Assembly (NCBI GenBank): GCA_944332555.1
Contig: CALVKF010000003.1
Location: 1-62,437 of the forward strand
Length of the DNA: 62,437 nt
From: an uncultured Bacilli bacterium
GTDB lineage: Bacteria; Bacillota_I; Bacilli_A; RF39; UBA660
Direction of reading: 5' to 3'
The position numbers and the translations under genes are program-made. Shown one piece after another: positions 11,557 to 19,589 of the stretch. The notes beneath the pieces were generated by a model. That model made no database searches. It worked only from the letters and a program-made list of their open reading frames with translations, and was not told the DNA's origin. Position 1 is the first letter of the stretch. Each line of letters opens with the position of its first letter.

Positions 11557-12003
11557 ATGAATAATCAAAATTCAAACAGCAATGGAAATTGCATTAATGA
11601 AATATTATGTGTAATTTTAGTACTACAAGAAAATGCATGTCCAGATAACTGTTTACAAACTTGTGATAGACCAGTACTCGGCGGAGGAACTAATTGTATA
11701 GTATGTAACACTAGACCAGTAATGCTTTATACTTGCTGCGGAAATGGCGTTCCATGGAGTATGCCAATAACTAAAGATTCAACAATAAGTTGTGCAGGAT
11801 CTGATATTAGCACTACTTGCTCAAATGTCTTTAGAGTAGAAAAGATTGAAGGAAATTGTTGTACATTTAGAGTTCTTGCTGAAAATACAGATACTACTAG
11901 TTTATTTCCATATGTAGCTACTAATGTCTTCTTCACAATGGATTGTAGTTGTTTGTGCAGTATAAGATGTCTATCTGATACATTTGTAGATTGTGTTTGT
12001 TAA
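11557..12003 (+). CDS. CotY/CotZ/ExsY-family cysteine-rich spore coat/crust protein
   Basis: NTRPVMLYT, FRVEKIEGNCCTFRVL and the C-terminal DCSCLCSIRCLSD align with the CotZ/CotY pattern. Confidence 0.8.
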   Translation: MNNQNSNSNGNCINEILCVILVLQENACPDNCLQTCDRPVLGGGTNCIVCNTRPVMLYTCCGNGVPWSMPITKDSTISCAGSDISTTCSNVFRVEKIEGNCCTFRVLAENTDTTSLFPYVATNVFFTMDCSCLCSIRCLSDTFVDCVC

Positions 12004-12006
12004 ATA

Positions 12007-12032
12007 AAGCCTCAACTTGAGGTTTTTATTTT
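12007..12032 (+). terminator. Terminator of the coat gene
   Basis: Stem AAGCCTC/GAGGTTT followed by a T-rich tail. Confidence 0.6.
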
Positions 12033-12061
12033 GCTAGAAAATATATTTGAAAAATAGTTAA

Positions 12062-12098
12062 CAAAAAACCACCTTACATCCCTTCGGACTTGGAGTGG
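12062..12098 (-). terminator. Terminator of rny
   Basis: Interrupted GC-containing stem CCACTCCAAGTCC-GAAG-GGATGTAAGGTGG followed by T6 on the minus strand. Confidence 0.6.
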
Positions 12099-12135
12099 TC
12101 TAAACATATGTTATACAACATATTATTACATTTTT

Positions 12136-13689
12136 TTATTTTGCTTCTTCTTGAACTCTGGTTTCTCTAATTACTGTTATTTTAATAGTACCAGGATATT
12201 GCATTTCACTCTCAATTTGTTCTTTGATATCCCGTGCCATTTTATAACTTTTAGCATCATCAACTTCTTCAGGTTTGACAATAACCCTAAGTTCACGACC
12301 AGCTTGCATTGCAAATGTTTTTTCAACGCCTTCATAAGAGTTACCTATTTCTTCAAGTTGTTCTAATCTCTTAATGTAATTTTCTAAAGTATCATTTCTA
12401 GCACCAGGTCTTGCCGCAGAAAGTGTATCTGCAACTGCTACTAAAACAGCAATTGTTGTTTTAGGTTCTGTATCACCATGATGTGATGCAATAGCATCAA
12501 GCACTACATCGGGTTCATGATGTTTTTTTGCAAAATCTAATCCTACTTCAACATGTGAGCCTTCAACTTCAAAATCAATTGCTTTACCAATATCATGAAG
12601 TAAACCAGCTCTTTTAGCAAGAGTGATATTTTCTCCAAGTTCGGCTGCCATTAAACCGGTAAGGTTAGCAACTTCAATAGAATGTTGTAAAGCATTTTGA
12701 CCATAGCTTGATCTAAAGTTTAGCTTACCAACTAAAGTAACCAATTCTGGATCCATTTTAGCAATACCTAAATCATTAATAGTTTGATTACCTATTTGAA
12801 TAATTCTCGCATTAACATCTTTTACGGTCTTGTCATAAATTTCTTCAATTCTACCAGGATGAATTCTACCATCCTTAATTAAAGATTCAATAGTAAGTTT
12901 TGCTATTTCTCTTCTTAACGGATCAAATGAAGAAATGGCAATTGCTTCAGGTGTATCATCAATTATTAAATCAACACCAGTAACTGATTCAATTGTTCTA
13001 ATATTTCTTCCTTCACGTCCAATGAGTCTACCTTTCATATCATCATTAGGTAGGCTTATAGTACTTACTGTTTGAAGTCCCACAACATCATCAGAGTATC
13101 GCTCCATACTACTAATAATCATTTGTTTAGCAACTTCATGCGCCTCTAACTTTGCTTTAGCTTCGGCATCTTTAATGTAATTAGTAATTTCTAATTCCAT
13201 ATCTTGTTCTACTCTCTCCATTATAGCTGCCTTAGCTTTTTCTTTGCTATATTTAGCAATACTTTCAAGTTTTGCTACTTCTTCTTTAAGTAGCATATCC
13301 ATTTTTTCCTCTTTTTCTTGTAAATTTTTTTGTTTAGCTAATAAATCATTTTCTTTCTCTTGCAATAAATTATCCCTATTTTGTAGCATTTCTTCTCTTT
13401 TATCCAAGTTGTTTTCTCTGGTTAATAATCTATCTTCACTTTGTAAAAGTTCGGCCTTTTTAGCCTTTATTTCAGCATCTGTTTCTTGTTTTAAGCGAAA
13501 ACTTTCTTGCTTTAATTCTGATAAAGCATCTCTTTTACTTTTTTCCGCTTCTAACTTAGCGGCTTCAATTAATTTATTAGCTTTACTTACTGCTCGTGAT
13601 GCTCTAATTGTAAAAACAATCCATATAATAACACCACCCAGCAAAATTCCAACAATAAGAGTCAAAATGGCAATCAAAACATTATCCAT
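12136..13689 (-). CDS. rny: Ribonuclease Y
   Basis: N-terminal TM helix, coiled coil, KH domain (GREGRNIRTIE), HD domain (LLHDIGKA). Start set to ATG 13689, 5 nt after GGAGG. Its own TTGATT-N17-TATAAT promoter lies upstream. Confidence 0.95.
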   Translation of the reverse strand: MDNVLIAILTLIVGILLGGVIIWIVFTIRASRAVSKANKLIEAAKLEAEKSKRDALSELKQESFRLKQETDAEIKAKKAELLQSEDRLLTRENNLDKREEMLQNRDNLLQEKENDLLAKQKNLQEKEEKMDMLLKEEVAKLESIAKYSKEKAKAAIMERVEQDMELEITNYIKDAEAKAKLEAHEVAKQMIISSMERYSDDVVGLQTVSTISLPNDDMKGRLIGREGRNIRTIESVTGVDLIIDDTPEAIAISSFDPLRREIAKLTIESLIKDGRIHPGRIEEIYDKTVKDVNARIIQIGNQTINDLGIAKMDPELVTLVGKLNFRSSYGQNALQHSIEVANLTGLMAAELGENITLAKRAGLLHDIGKAIDFEVEGSHVEVGLDFAKKHHEPDVVLDAIASHHGDTEPKTTIAVLVAVADTLSAARPGARNDTLENYIKRLEQLEEIGNSYEGVEKTFAMQAGRELRVIVKPEEVDDAKSYKMARDIKEQIESEMQYPGTIKITVIRETRVQEEAK

Positions 13690-13801
13690 TTTTTCCTCCA
13701 ACTTTCTATAGAATATATATAATTTATTGTTAAATATATTTATATCTACAATTTAATTATAAAATTAATTCACAAAATAATCAAGTAGTTTTTATAAATA
13801 T

Positions 13802-13825
13802 GAAAAAAAGCTAGGTATTCTAGCT
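13802..13825 (-). terminator. Terminator after the orphan Panacea-domain gene
   Basis: Stem AGCTAG/CTAGCT overlapping the stop codon, then T7 on the minus strand. Confidence 0.65.
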
Positions 13826-14305
13826 AAATTCTAAAGCTTCTATTAATCCTTTATATCGGTTTTTATATTCATCAATGTTGTCTTCAATATTCATTATAGG
13901 TGCATTATATGTATCATCACTTAATTTTTGCCATGTTGGATCCTCATAAGTTATTTCAATTAATTCATCAAATGAAGCATTTTCTAAAGACATATATATT
14001 TTATCCAAAAATTGTTTATCAGAATCGTTTATATTTATTATATTATTTTGATTAATCATAAATCCATATGACTTTACAATATCTTCAATTACTGGGCCAT
14101 TATCATATGCTTTAAAATCATCTTTAAACAATCTTTTATTATATAATGCCAAATATACAACTTGAGCTAAAAATAAATATTTATTAATTCTTATATTACC
14201 TTCATATGATTTTATATCATTATAAACAACTACATTTTTGTTGAACAATTTTCGCTCTGGGTCTTTAGATAAAAAATACATAGCCACATCTTTAGCACTT
14301 AACAT
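13820..14305 (-). CDS. Stand-alone DUF4065 / Panacea (SocA/GepA-like) antitoxin-domain protein
   Basis: INKYLFLAQVVYLALYNKRLFKDDFKAYDNGPVIEDI matches the KLxKLLYfaq...yGPV core of DUF4065. Confidence 0.7.
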   Translation of the reverse strand: MLSAKDVAMYFLSKDPERKLFNKNVVVYNDIKSYEGNIRINKYLFLAQVVYLALYNKRLFKDDFKAYDNGPVIEDIVKSYGFMINQNNIININDSDKQFLDKIYMSLENASFDELIEITYEDPTWQKLSDDTYNAPIMNIEDNIDEYKNRYKGLIEALEFS

Positions 14306-14378
14306 AATATATCACCTCGCATTAATATAATATAATATTTAATAATTTTTTGCAACAAATAATTAATTTTATATTATT

Positions 14379-15332
14379 TTATATTTTTGTTTCTAATAAA
14401 TTATCTTCAATTATATATCTAGGACGTTGTTTAGTTTCATTATATACTTTACCTATATATTCTCCCACAATTCCTAAAGAAAGCATTTGCAGTCCCCCTA
14501 AAAACCAGATAGATATAGTTATAAATGTCCAACCTTCAACATTATTACCAGTAACTTTTCTAATAAATGCATAAATCATTATAATTATACTAATAAATAA
14601 AATTAAAAATCCCAATACACAAATAAATCTTAATGGTTTTACACTAAATGAAGTTATTCCATCCCAAGCAAAATTTAACATTTTTTTTAAAGGATATTTG
14701 CTTGTTCCCGCAAAACGTTCAGCCCGTTCATAATATACTACATCTGTTTTAAAACCTATTAAAGGAAATATACCTCTTAAAAATAAATTTACTTCTTTAA
14801 AATTAGAAAATTCATCTAATACTCTTTTACTAGTTAAACGATAATCAGCATGATTATAAACAATATCAACACCCATTAATTTCATAAATTTATAAAATCC
14901 TTCAGCTGTTACCTTTTTAAAAAAGGTATCTTTTTTTCTAGCTGATCTAACTCCATAAACAATATCACAACCATTATGATATTTTTCTAACATTTCATCA
15001 ATCGCATTAATATCATCTTGTAAATCAGCATCCATTGATATTACAACATCAGCATAATTTCTAGCGGTAAGTAATCCAGCAACTAAAGCATTTTGATGTC
15101 CTTTATTTCTTGATAAAGAAATACCTGTAAATAATTTATCTTCTTTATTAATTTGCATTATTTTTTCCCAAGTTTTATCTTTACTACCATCATTTACATA
15201 CATCACTTTACTATCTTTACTAATTATTTTTTTCTTAATTAAATCATTTACTTTAATGCGTAATCTTTTAGTTGTTTCATCAATTACTTCTTCTTCATTA
15301 AACATTGGTATTACAATATATAATGTTTTCAT
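14379..15332 (-). CDS. GT2 polyprenyl-phosphate glycosyltransferase (GtrB/CsbB/ArnC-like) with two C-terminal TM helices
   Basis: IVIPMFNEEE, VNDGSKDKT, DADLQDD, then two C-terminal TM helices. Confidence 0.85.
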   Translation of the reverse strand: MKTLYIVIPMFNEEEVIDETTKRLRIKVNDLIKKKIISKDSKVMYVNDGSKDKTWEKIMQINKEDKLFTGISLSRNKGHQNALVAGLLTARNYADVVISMDADLQDDINAIDEMLEKYHNGCDIVYGVRSARKKDTFFKKVTAEGFYKFMKLMGVDIVYNHADYRLTSKRVLDEFSNFKEVNLFLRGIFPLIGFKTDVVYYERAERFAGTSKYPLKKMLNFAWDGITSFSVKPLRFICVLGFLILFISIIIMIYAFIRKVTGNNVEGWTFITISIWFLGGLQMLSLGIVGEYIGKVYNETKQRPRYIIEDNLLETKI

Positions 15333-15353
15333 TTTTTATTCCTTTCATAATAT

Positions 15354-16073
15354 TTAAGATTTTTTATAACTTTTTTTCTTTATCTTAAACATAAATTTAA
15401 CATTACTATTCCAAAACCTTTTTAATCTTTTAGGTTCCGTAATTATTCTATAAAACCATTCTAAATTAAGCTTAATAAATATCTTCGGGGCTCTTTTTTT
15501 AGAACCACTTAAAACATCAAAAGAACCACCAACACCTATATATATGCCTTTTTTAGCTTTATCAAAGTGTTTATAAATTAATTTTTCTTGATATGGTATA
15601 CCTAATGCTACCATACATATATCAGGATTTAATTTAACTATGTCTTCCATTATCTTTTCTTTATCATCTACATAGCCATTACTAAATCCCAATAACTTAA
15701 TATTTTTATATTCTTTTTTTATTTTTTCTACTAATTCCTGTATAACATCTTCTTTAGCTCCAAATAAATACATTGAATATTTATTGGTGTTGGCAACATT
15801 TAGTAAATGCTCTGCTATATCTATACCAGTAATTCTTTCACTTACATTTATGTTTAATTTTCGAGCAGCTTTTACAACAGCAATACCATCTGGTACAAAA
15901 CTATAATTACTATCTAAAATATTTTTTAATTCTTCATCTTTTTCACTCATCATTAAAGTTTCCGGATTAACAGTAATTATAAATCTTTTCTTTTTATTTT
16001 TTAAATCCTTATCTAATTCTTTATAATAATTATCTTTACTATTTTTATATAGTTTTTTTAAATATTTTTGCAT
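15354..16073 (-). CDS. tagA: WecB/TagA/CpsF-family glycosyltransferase (ManNAc transferase of the linkage unit)
   Basis: Family-typical VNPETLM..., PDGIAVV, GVGGSFDVLSG..KRAP...LEWFYR. Confidence 0.85.
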   Translation of the reverse strand: MQKYLKKLYKNSKDNYYKELDKDLKNKKKRFIITVNPETLMMSEKDEELKNILDSNYSFVPDGIAVVKAARKLNINVSERITGIDIAEHLLNVANTNKYSMYLFGAKEDVIQELVEKIKKEYKNIKLLGFSNGYVDDKEKIMEDIVKLNPDICMVALGIPYQEKLIYKHFDKAKKGIYIGVGGSFDVLSGSKKRAPKIFIKLNLEWFYRIITEPKRLKRFWNSNVKFMFKIKKKSYKKS

Positions 16074-16085
16074 AACTTCTCCTTT

Positions 16086-17009
16086 TTATTTTTCTATATT
16101 ATTAATGTATTCTGAAAAACTTCTGCTAATTTTATCTGCTCCGGTATACGATAAATGTCCAGAATCGTAAAAATCTCCAAACTCTAAAGTTAACAATTCA
16201 ATTTGTTTATTATAATCTAAATATTCAATATTGTTGGCTTCGGCATATTGTTCTACCCAATTAAATTTCATTTGTTTTTCTTCAGTTAATTGACTTGGAG
16301 TTTTTACCAAAATTAAAATAATATTATATTTGTTACATAGTTCAATTATTTTTTCTAAATATTCTAAATTTTTAGCAGAAATTTCACTTGTATTTTCAAT
16401 ATCAATTATTTCACTATTATCTATCATAATATCATAATTTTGCGGTAATGATGTAAACCCTTTATTATCAAATCCGATTTGAGTAATGCCAATTTCAAAA
16501 TCAGCTTTATTTAGTTCATTATATCTGGTATGATATTTTATTATATTTAAATAATATGAAATCCTATCTTCTTTGTCTTGAACACTAACATTTATGGCAT
16601 CAATTTTATTTTTAGACAATTTCATTTTGTCTAAAGCATCTCTATTAACACCTTCCGTAGCATATTCATCATCAATAGAGGTCATTAATGTTTCTAGTAC
16701 AAAATATTTTGGACGCTGACTCTTTAATGCCTCAATCATATAATGATAAGTTATATAAATTGGCTGTTGTTGAGTCGCAAAATTATATGACTTTAAGTTT
16801 GTTTCTTCTTCTATTACATCTGGAGAAAATGATGCATAACTATGAGAAGAGCCAAAAAATATTATATCTAAACTATTTTTCTTTAAGTTATAAAAAGATA
16901 TAACATCCGAACCAAATCCGTTTCCTTTTAGTTCAAATATATTAGAACAAACATGCAATAATATTATAAATATTGTTAAAAATATAATACTTTTTATTAA
17001 ATTTTTCAT
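16086..17009 (-). CDS. Secreted SGNH/DltD-like partner of the MBOAT acyltransferase
   Basis: Signal anchor, FFGSSHSY block-I-like serine motif, C-terminal DSGHLS. Adjacent to the MBOAT gene. Confidence 0.55.
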   Translation of the reverse strand: MKNLIKSIIFLTIFIILLHVCSNIFELKGNGFGSDVISFYNLKKNSLDIIFFGSSHSYASFSPDVIEEETNLKSYNFATQQQPIYITYHYMIEALKSQRPKYFVLETLMTSIDDEYATEGVNRDALDKMKLSKNKIDAINVSVQDKEDRISYYLNIIKYHTRYNELNKADFEIGITQIGFDNKGFTSLPQNYDIMIDNSEIIDIENTSEISAKNLEYLEKIIELCNKYNIILILVKTPSQLTEEKQMKFNWVEQYAEANNIEYLDYNKQIELLTLEFGDFYDSGHLSYTGADKISRSFSEYINNIEK

Positions 17010-17017
17010 CTTTCACC

Positions 17018-18457
17018 TCAAAATTGAATATAAATAAATTCTTGTGTAGAAAATCCAGGACCATATATACCAAATATAATTATTGAAAATAACAAAATAT
17101 AATAAAATGCCCATCGCAAAATTATATTTTGCTTATAAAAAGTTTCTATCAAATTTATTTTTGTAGATAAAATTTCTAATACAAATACAAATGCAATAGC
17201 TATTAATAAAATAATAAACTCTATTAAATTCATTCCTAATAATGAAAAATCCATCACCATACCGAAATCGAATAAGTGAGAAACTATTAACCAAGCATCA
17301 TTTAAACTATTAGCTCTAAAAAATAACCAAGCAAAATCAACTAAACAAAATGTAATAATTATACTAATTATTTTATTGAACAAGCCATTTTGTTGAAATT
17401 TATGATATTTATGAATAATATTTTCTAATATTTGATAAACGCCATGTAATAATCCCCATATTAAGAATGTCAAAGCAGCACCGTGCCATAATCCACTAAC
17501 AAGAAATACAAATAAAATATTTAATTGAGTTCTAAAAAACCCTTTTCTATTTCCTCCAAGAGGAATATACAAATAATCTTTAAACCAAGTACTTAATGAT
17601 ATGTGCCACCTTCTCCAAAAATCTTTGATTGACGTTGCGAAATATGGTAAATTAAAATTGTTAGTTGTTTCATAACCTAATATTTTTGAACTACCTTTAG
17701 CAATAATTGAACAAGCATTAAAGTCAAAATATATTTGTATTGCATATAAAATTGTTGCTATTATAAAGTATATTCCTCCGCCATTTATGTAATCACTTAC
17801 ATTATTGTATACTTGATTAACCGCTATTGCAGCCCTATCTGCTATTACAAGTTTGTAAAAAAATCCAATTGTAATTAAAAACGAACCTTGAAATAAATTA
17901 TTCCAACTAAAATTATGTTTATAGTCAAATTGTTTCAAAAAATCTTTGGACTTTTCAATCGGACCAGATACAATTTGAGGGAAAAAGGATACAAATACAG
18001 CATACTTAATAAAATTTTTTTCTACTTTTACATCTTTCCTATATATATCTATAGTATAACTAATTGCTCTAAATGTATAAAAACTAATTCCTAGTGGTAA
18101 TAATAAATTTAAGCTTTCTGGTACAGATAAAGATATCTTATTTAAAATGAGATTTAACATTTCAGCTAAAAAATCATAATATTTAAATAATATTAAAATA
18201 CCTAAATTAATAAATATAGATAAAAATACCCAAAAATTTTTAATGCTTTTTTTATGAGTTTTAGATATTAAAATTCCACTTATGTATGTTATTATAGTTG
18301 AAACAAATAAAAGTAAACTGTATTCGATGTTCCATGACATATAAAAATAATAACTACAAATTAACAACCAATATATCTTTATTTTTTTAGGCAATCCAAA
18401 ATATACTAGAGATACTATTACTAAAAAAATCAAATATTGTAATGATGTGAAATTCAT
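17018..18457 (-). CDS. MBOAT-family O-acyltransferase (AlgI/DltB-like)
   Basis: Multi-TM protein with the conserved FWRRWHISLSTWFKDYLYIPLGGNR. Start set to ATG 18457, which forms an ATGA overlap with the mnaA stop and lies 9 nt after GAGGAA. Confidence 0.88.
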   Translation of the reverse strand: MNFTSLQYLIFLVIVSLVYFGLPKKIKIYWLLICSYYFYMSWNIEYSLLLFVSTIITYISGILISKTHKKSIKNFWVFLSIFINLGILILFKYYDFLAEMLNLILNKISLSVPESLNLLLPLGISFYTFRAISYTIDIYRKDVKVEKNFIKYAVFVSFFPQIVSGPIEKSKDFLKQFDYKHNFSWNNLFQGSFLITIGFFYKLVIADRAAIAVNQVYNNVSDYINGGGIYFIIATILYAIQIYFDFNACSIIAKGSSKILGYETTNNFNLPYFATSIKDFWRRWHISLSTWFKDYLYIPLGGNRKGFFRTQLNILFVFLVSGLWHGAALTFLIWGLLHGVYQILENIIHKYHKFQQNGLFNKIISIIITFCLVDFAWLFFRANSLNDAWLIVSHLFDFGMVMDFSLLGMNLIEFIILLIAIAFVFVLEILSTKINLIETFYKQNIILRWAFYYILLFSIIIFGIYGPGFSTQEFIYIQF

Positions 18458-19572
18458 AATTTCCACTTCCTCGTAAAATGTTTTATTATCGCATCAACAA
18501 TATACTCACTAGCATGTCCATCACCATAAGGATTTGATGCCTTACTCATTTTATTATATTCTTCTTTATCAGTTAATAACTTTTTAGTTTCTTCATATAT
18601 TACATCCTCATCAGTTCCAACTAATTTTAATGTACCAGCGGCAATTCCTTCTGGTCTTTCTGTAGTATCACGAAGTACTAAAACCGGTTTACCAAGGGAA
18701 GGCGCTTCTTCTTGAATACCTCCACTATCTGTAAGAATGATATATGATTTATTTTGAAAGTTATGAAAATCAAATACTTCCAGTGGTTCAATCAACTTAA
18801 CTTTATCACATCCAGCAAATACTTCATTTGCAACTTCTCGAACTTTAGGATTCATATGAATTGGATAAATAACTTTAACATCTGGAAACTCATCTACAAT
18901 TTTTCTTATTGCTCTAAATATATGACGCATTGGTTCACCTAAATTTTCTCTTCTATGAGCAGTAAGTAAAATCATTTTTTCACCCGGTTTTATCCATTCT
19001 AATTCTGGATGAGTATAATTTGGATCAACAGTTGTACTCATAGCATCAATAGCAGTATTTCCCGTTACATATATTTTAGATTCATCTTTATTTTCTTTTA
19101 AAAGATTTTCTTTGCTAATTTCCGTTGGAGCAAAATACATATCAGTCATACAGTCCACCATCTGACGATTCATCTCTTCCGGAAATGGTGAATATTTATC
19201 ATTAGTCCTAAGTCCTGCCTCAACATGCCCTATCGCCACTTGATTATAAAATGCCGCAAGAGCTCCTGCAAAAGTAGTTGTAGTATCACCATGTACTAAA
19301 ACTATATCTGGTTTTACTTCTTTTATTACTCCTTCAAGGCCATTTAAAGCTCTAGTTGTTACATCACCTAAAGTTTGACCTTGTTTCATAATATTTAAAT
19401 CATAATCGGGTTTAATTTTAAATGTTTCTAACACTTGATCAAGCATCTCACGGTGTTGGGCAGTAACACAAACAATACTCTCTATTTCTTCTCTACTCTC
19501 TAATTCTTTAACAAGTGGAGCCATTTTTATAGCTTCAGGTCTTGTTCCAAAAATACTTAATACTTTAATCAT
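18454..19572 (-). CDS. mnaA: UDP-N-acetylglucosamine 2-epimerase (non-hydrolysing)
   Basis: MIKVLSIFGTRPEAIKMAP, HVEAGLRT and DSGGIQEEAPSLGKPVLVLR are family hallmarks. Confidence 0.93.
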   Translation of the reverse strand: MIKVLSIFGTRPEAIKMAPLVKELESREEIESIVCVTAQHREMLDQVLETFKIKPDYDLNIMKQGQTLGDVTTRALNGLEGVIKEVKPDIVLVHGDTTTTFAGALAAFYNQVAIGHVEAGLRTNDKYSPFPEEMNRQMVDCMTDMYFAPTEISKENLLKENKDESKIYVTGNTAIDAMSTTVDPNYTHPELEWIKPGEKMILLTAHRRENLGEPMRHIFRAIRKIVDEFPDVKVIYPIHMNPKVREVANEVFAGCDKVKLIEPLEVFDFHNFQNKSYIILTDSGGIQEEAPSLGKPVLVLRDTTERPEGIAAGTLKLVGTDEDVIYEETKKLLTDKEEYNKMSKASNPYGDGHASEYIVDAIIKHFTRKWKL

Positions 19573-19589
19573 AAAACACCTTTATTTTT

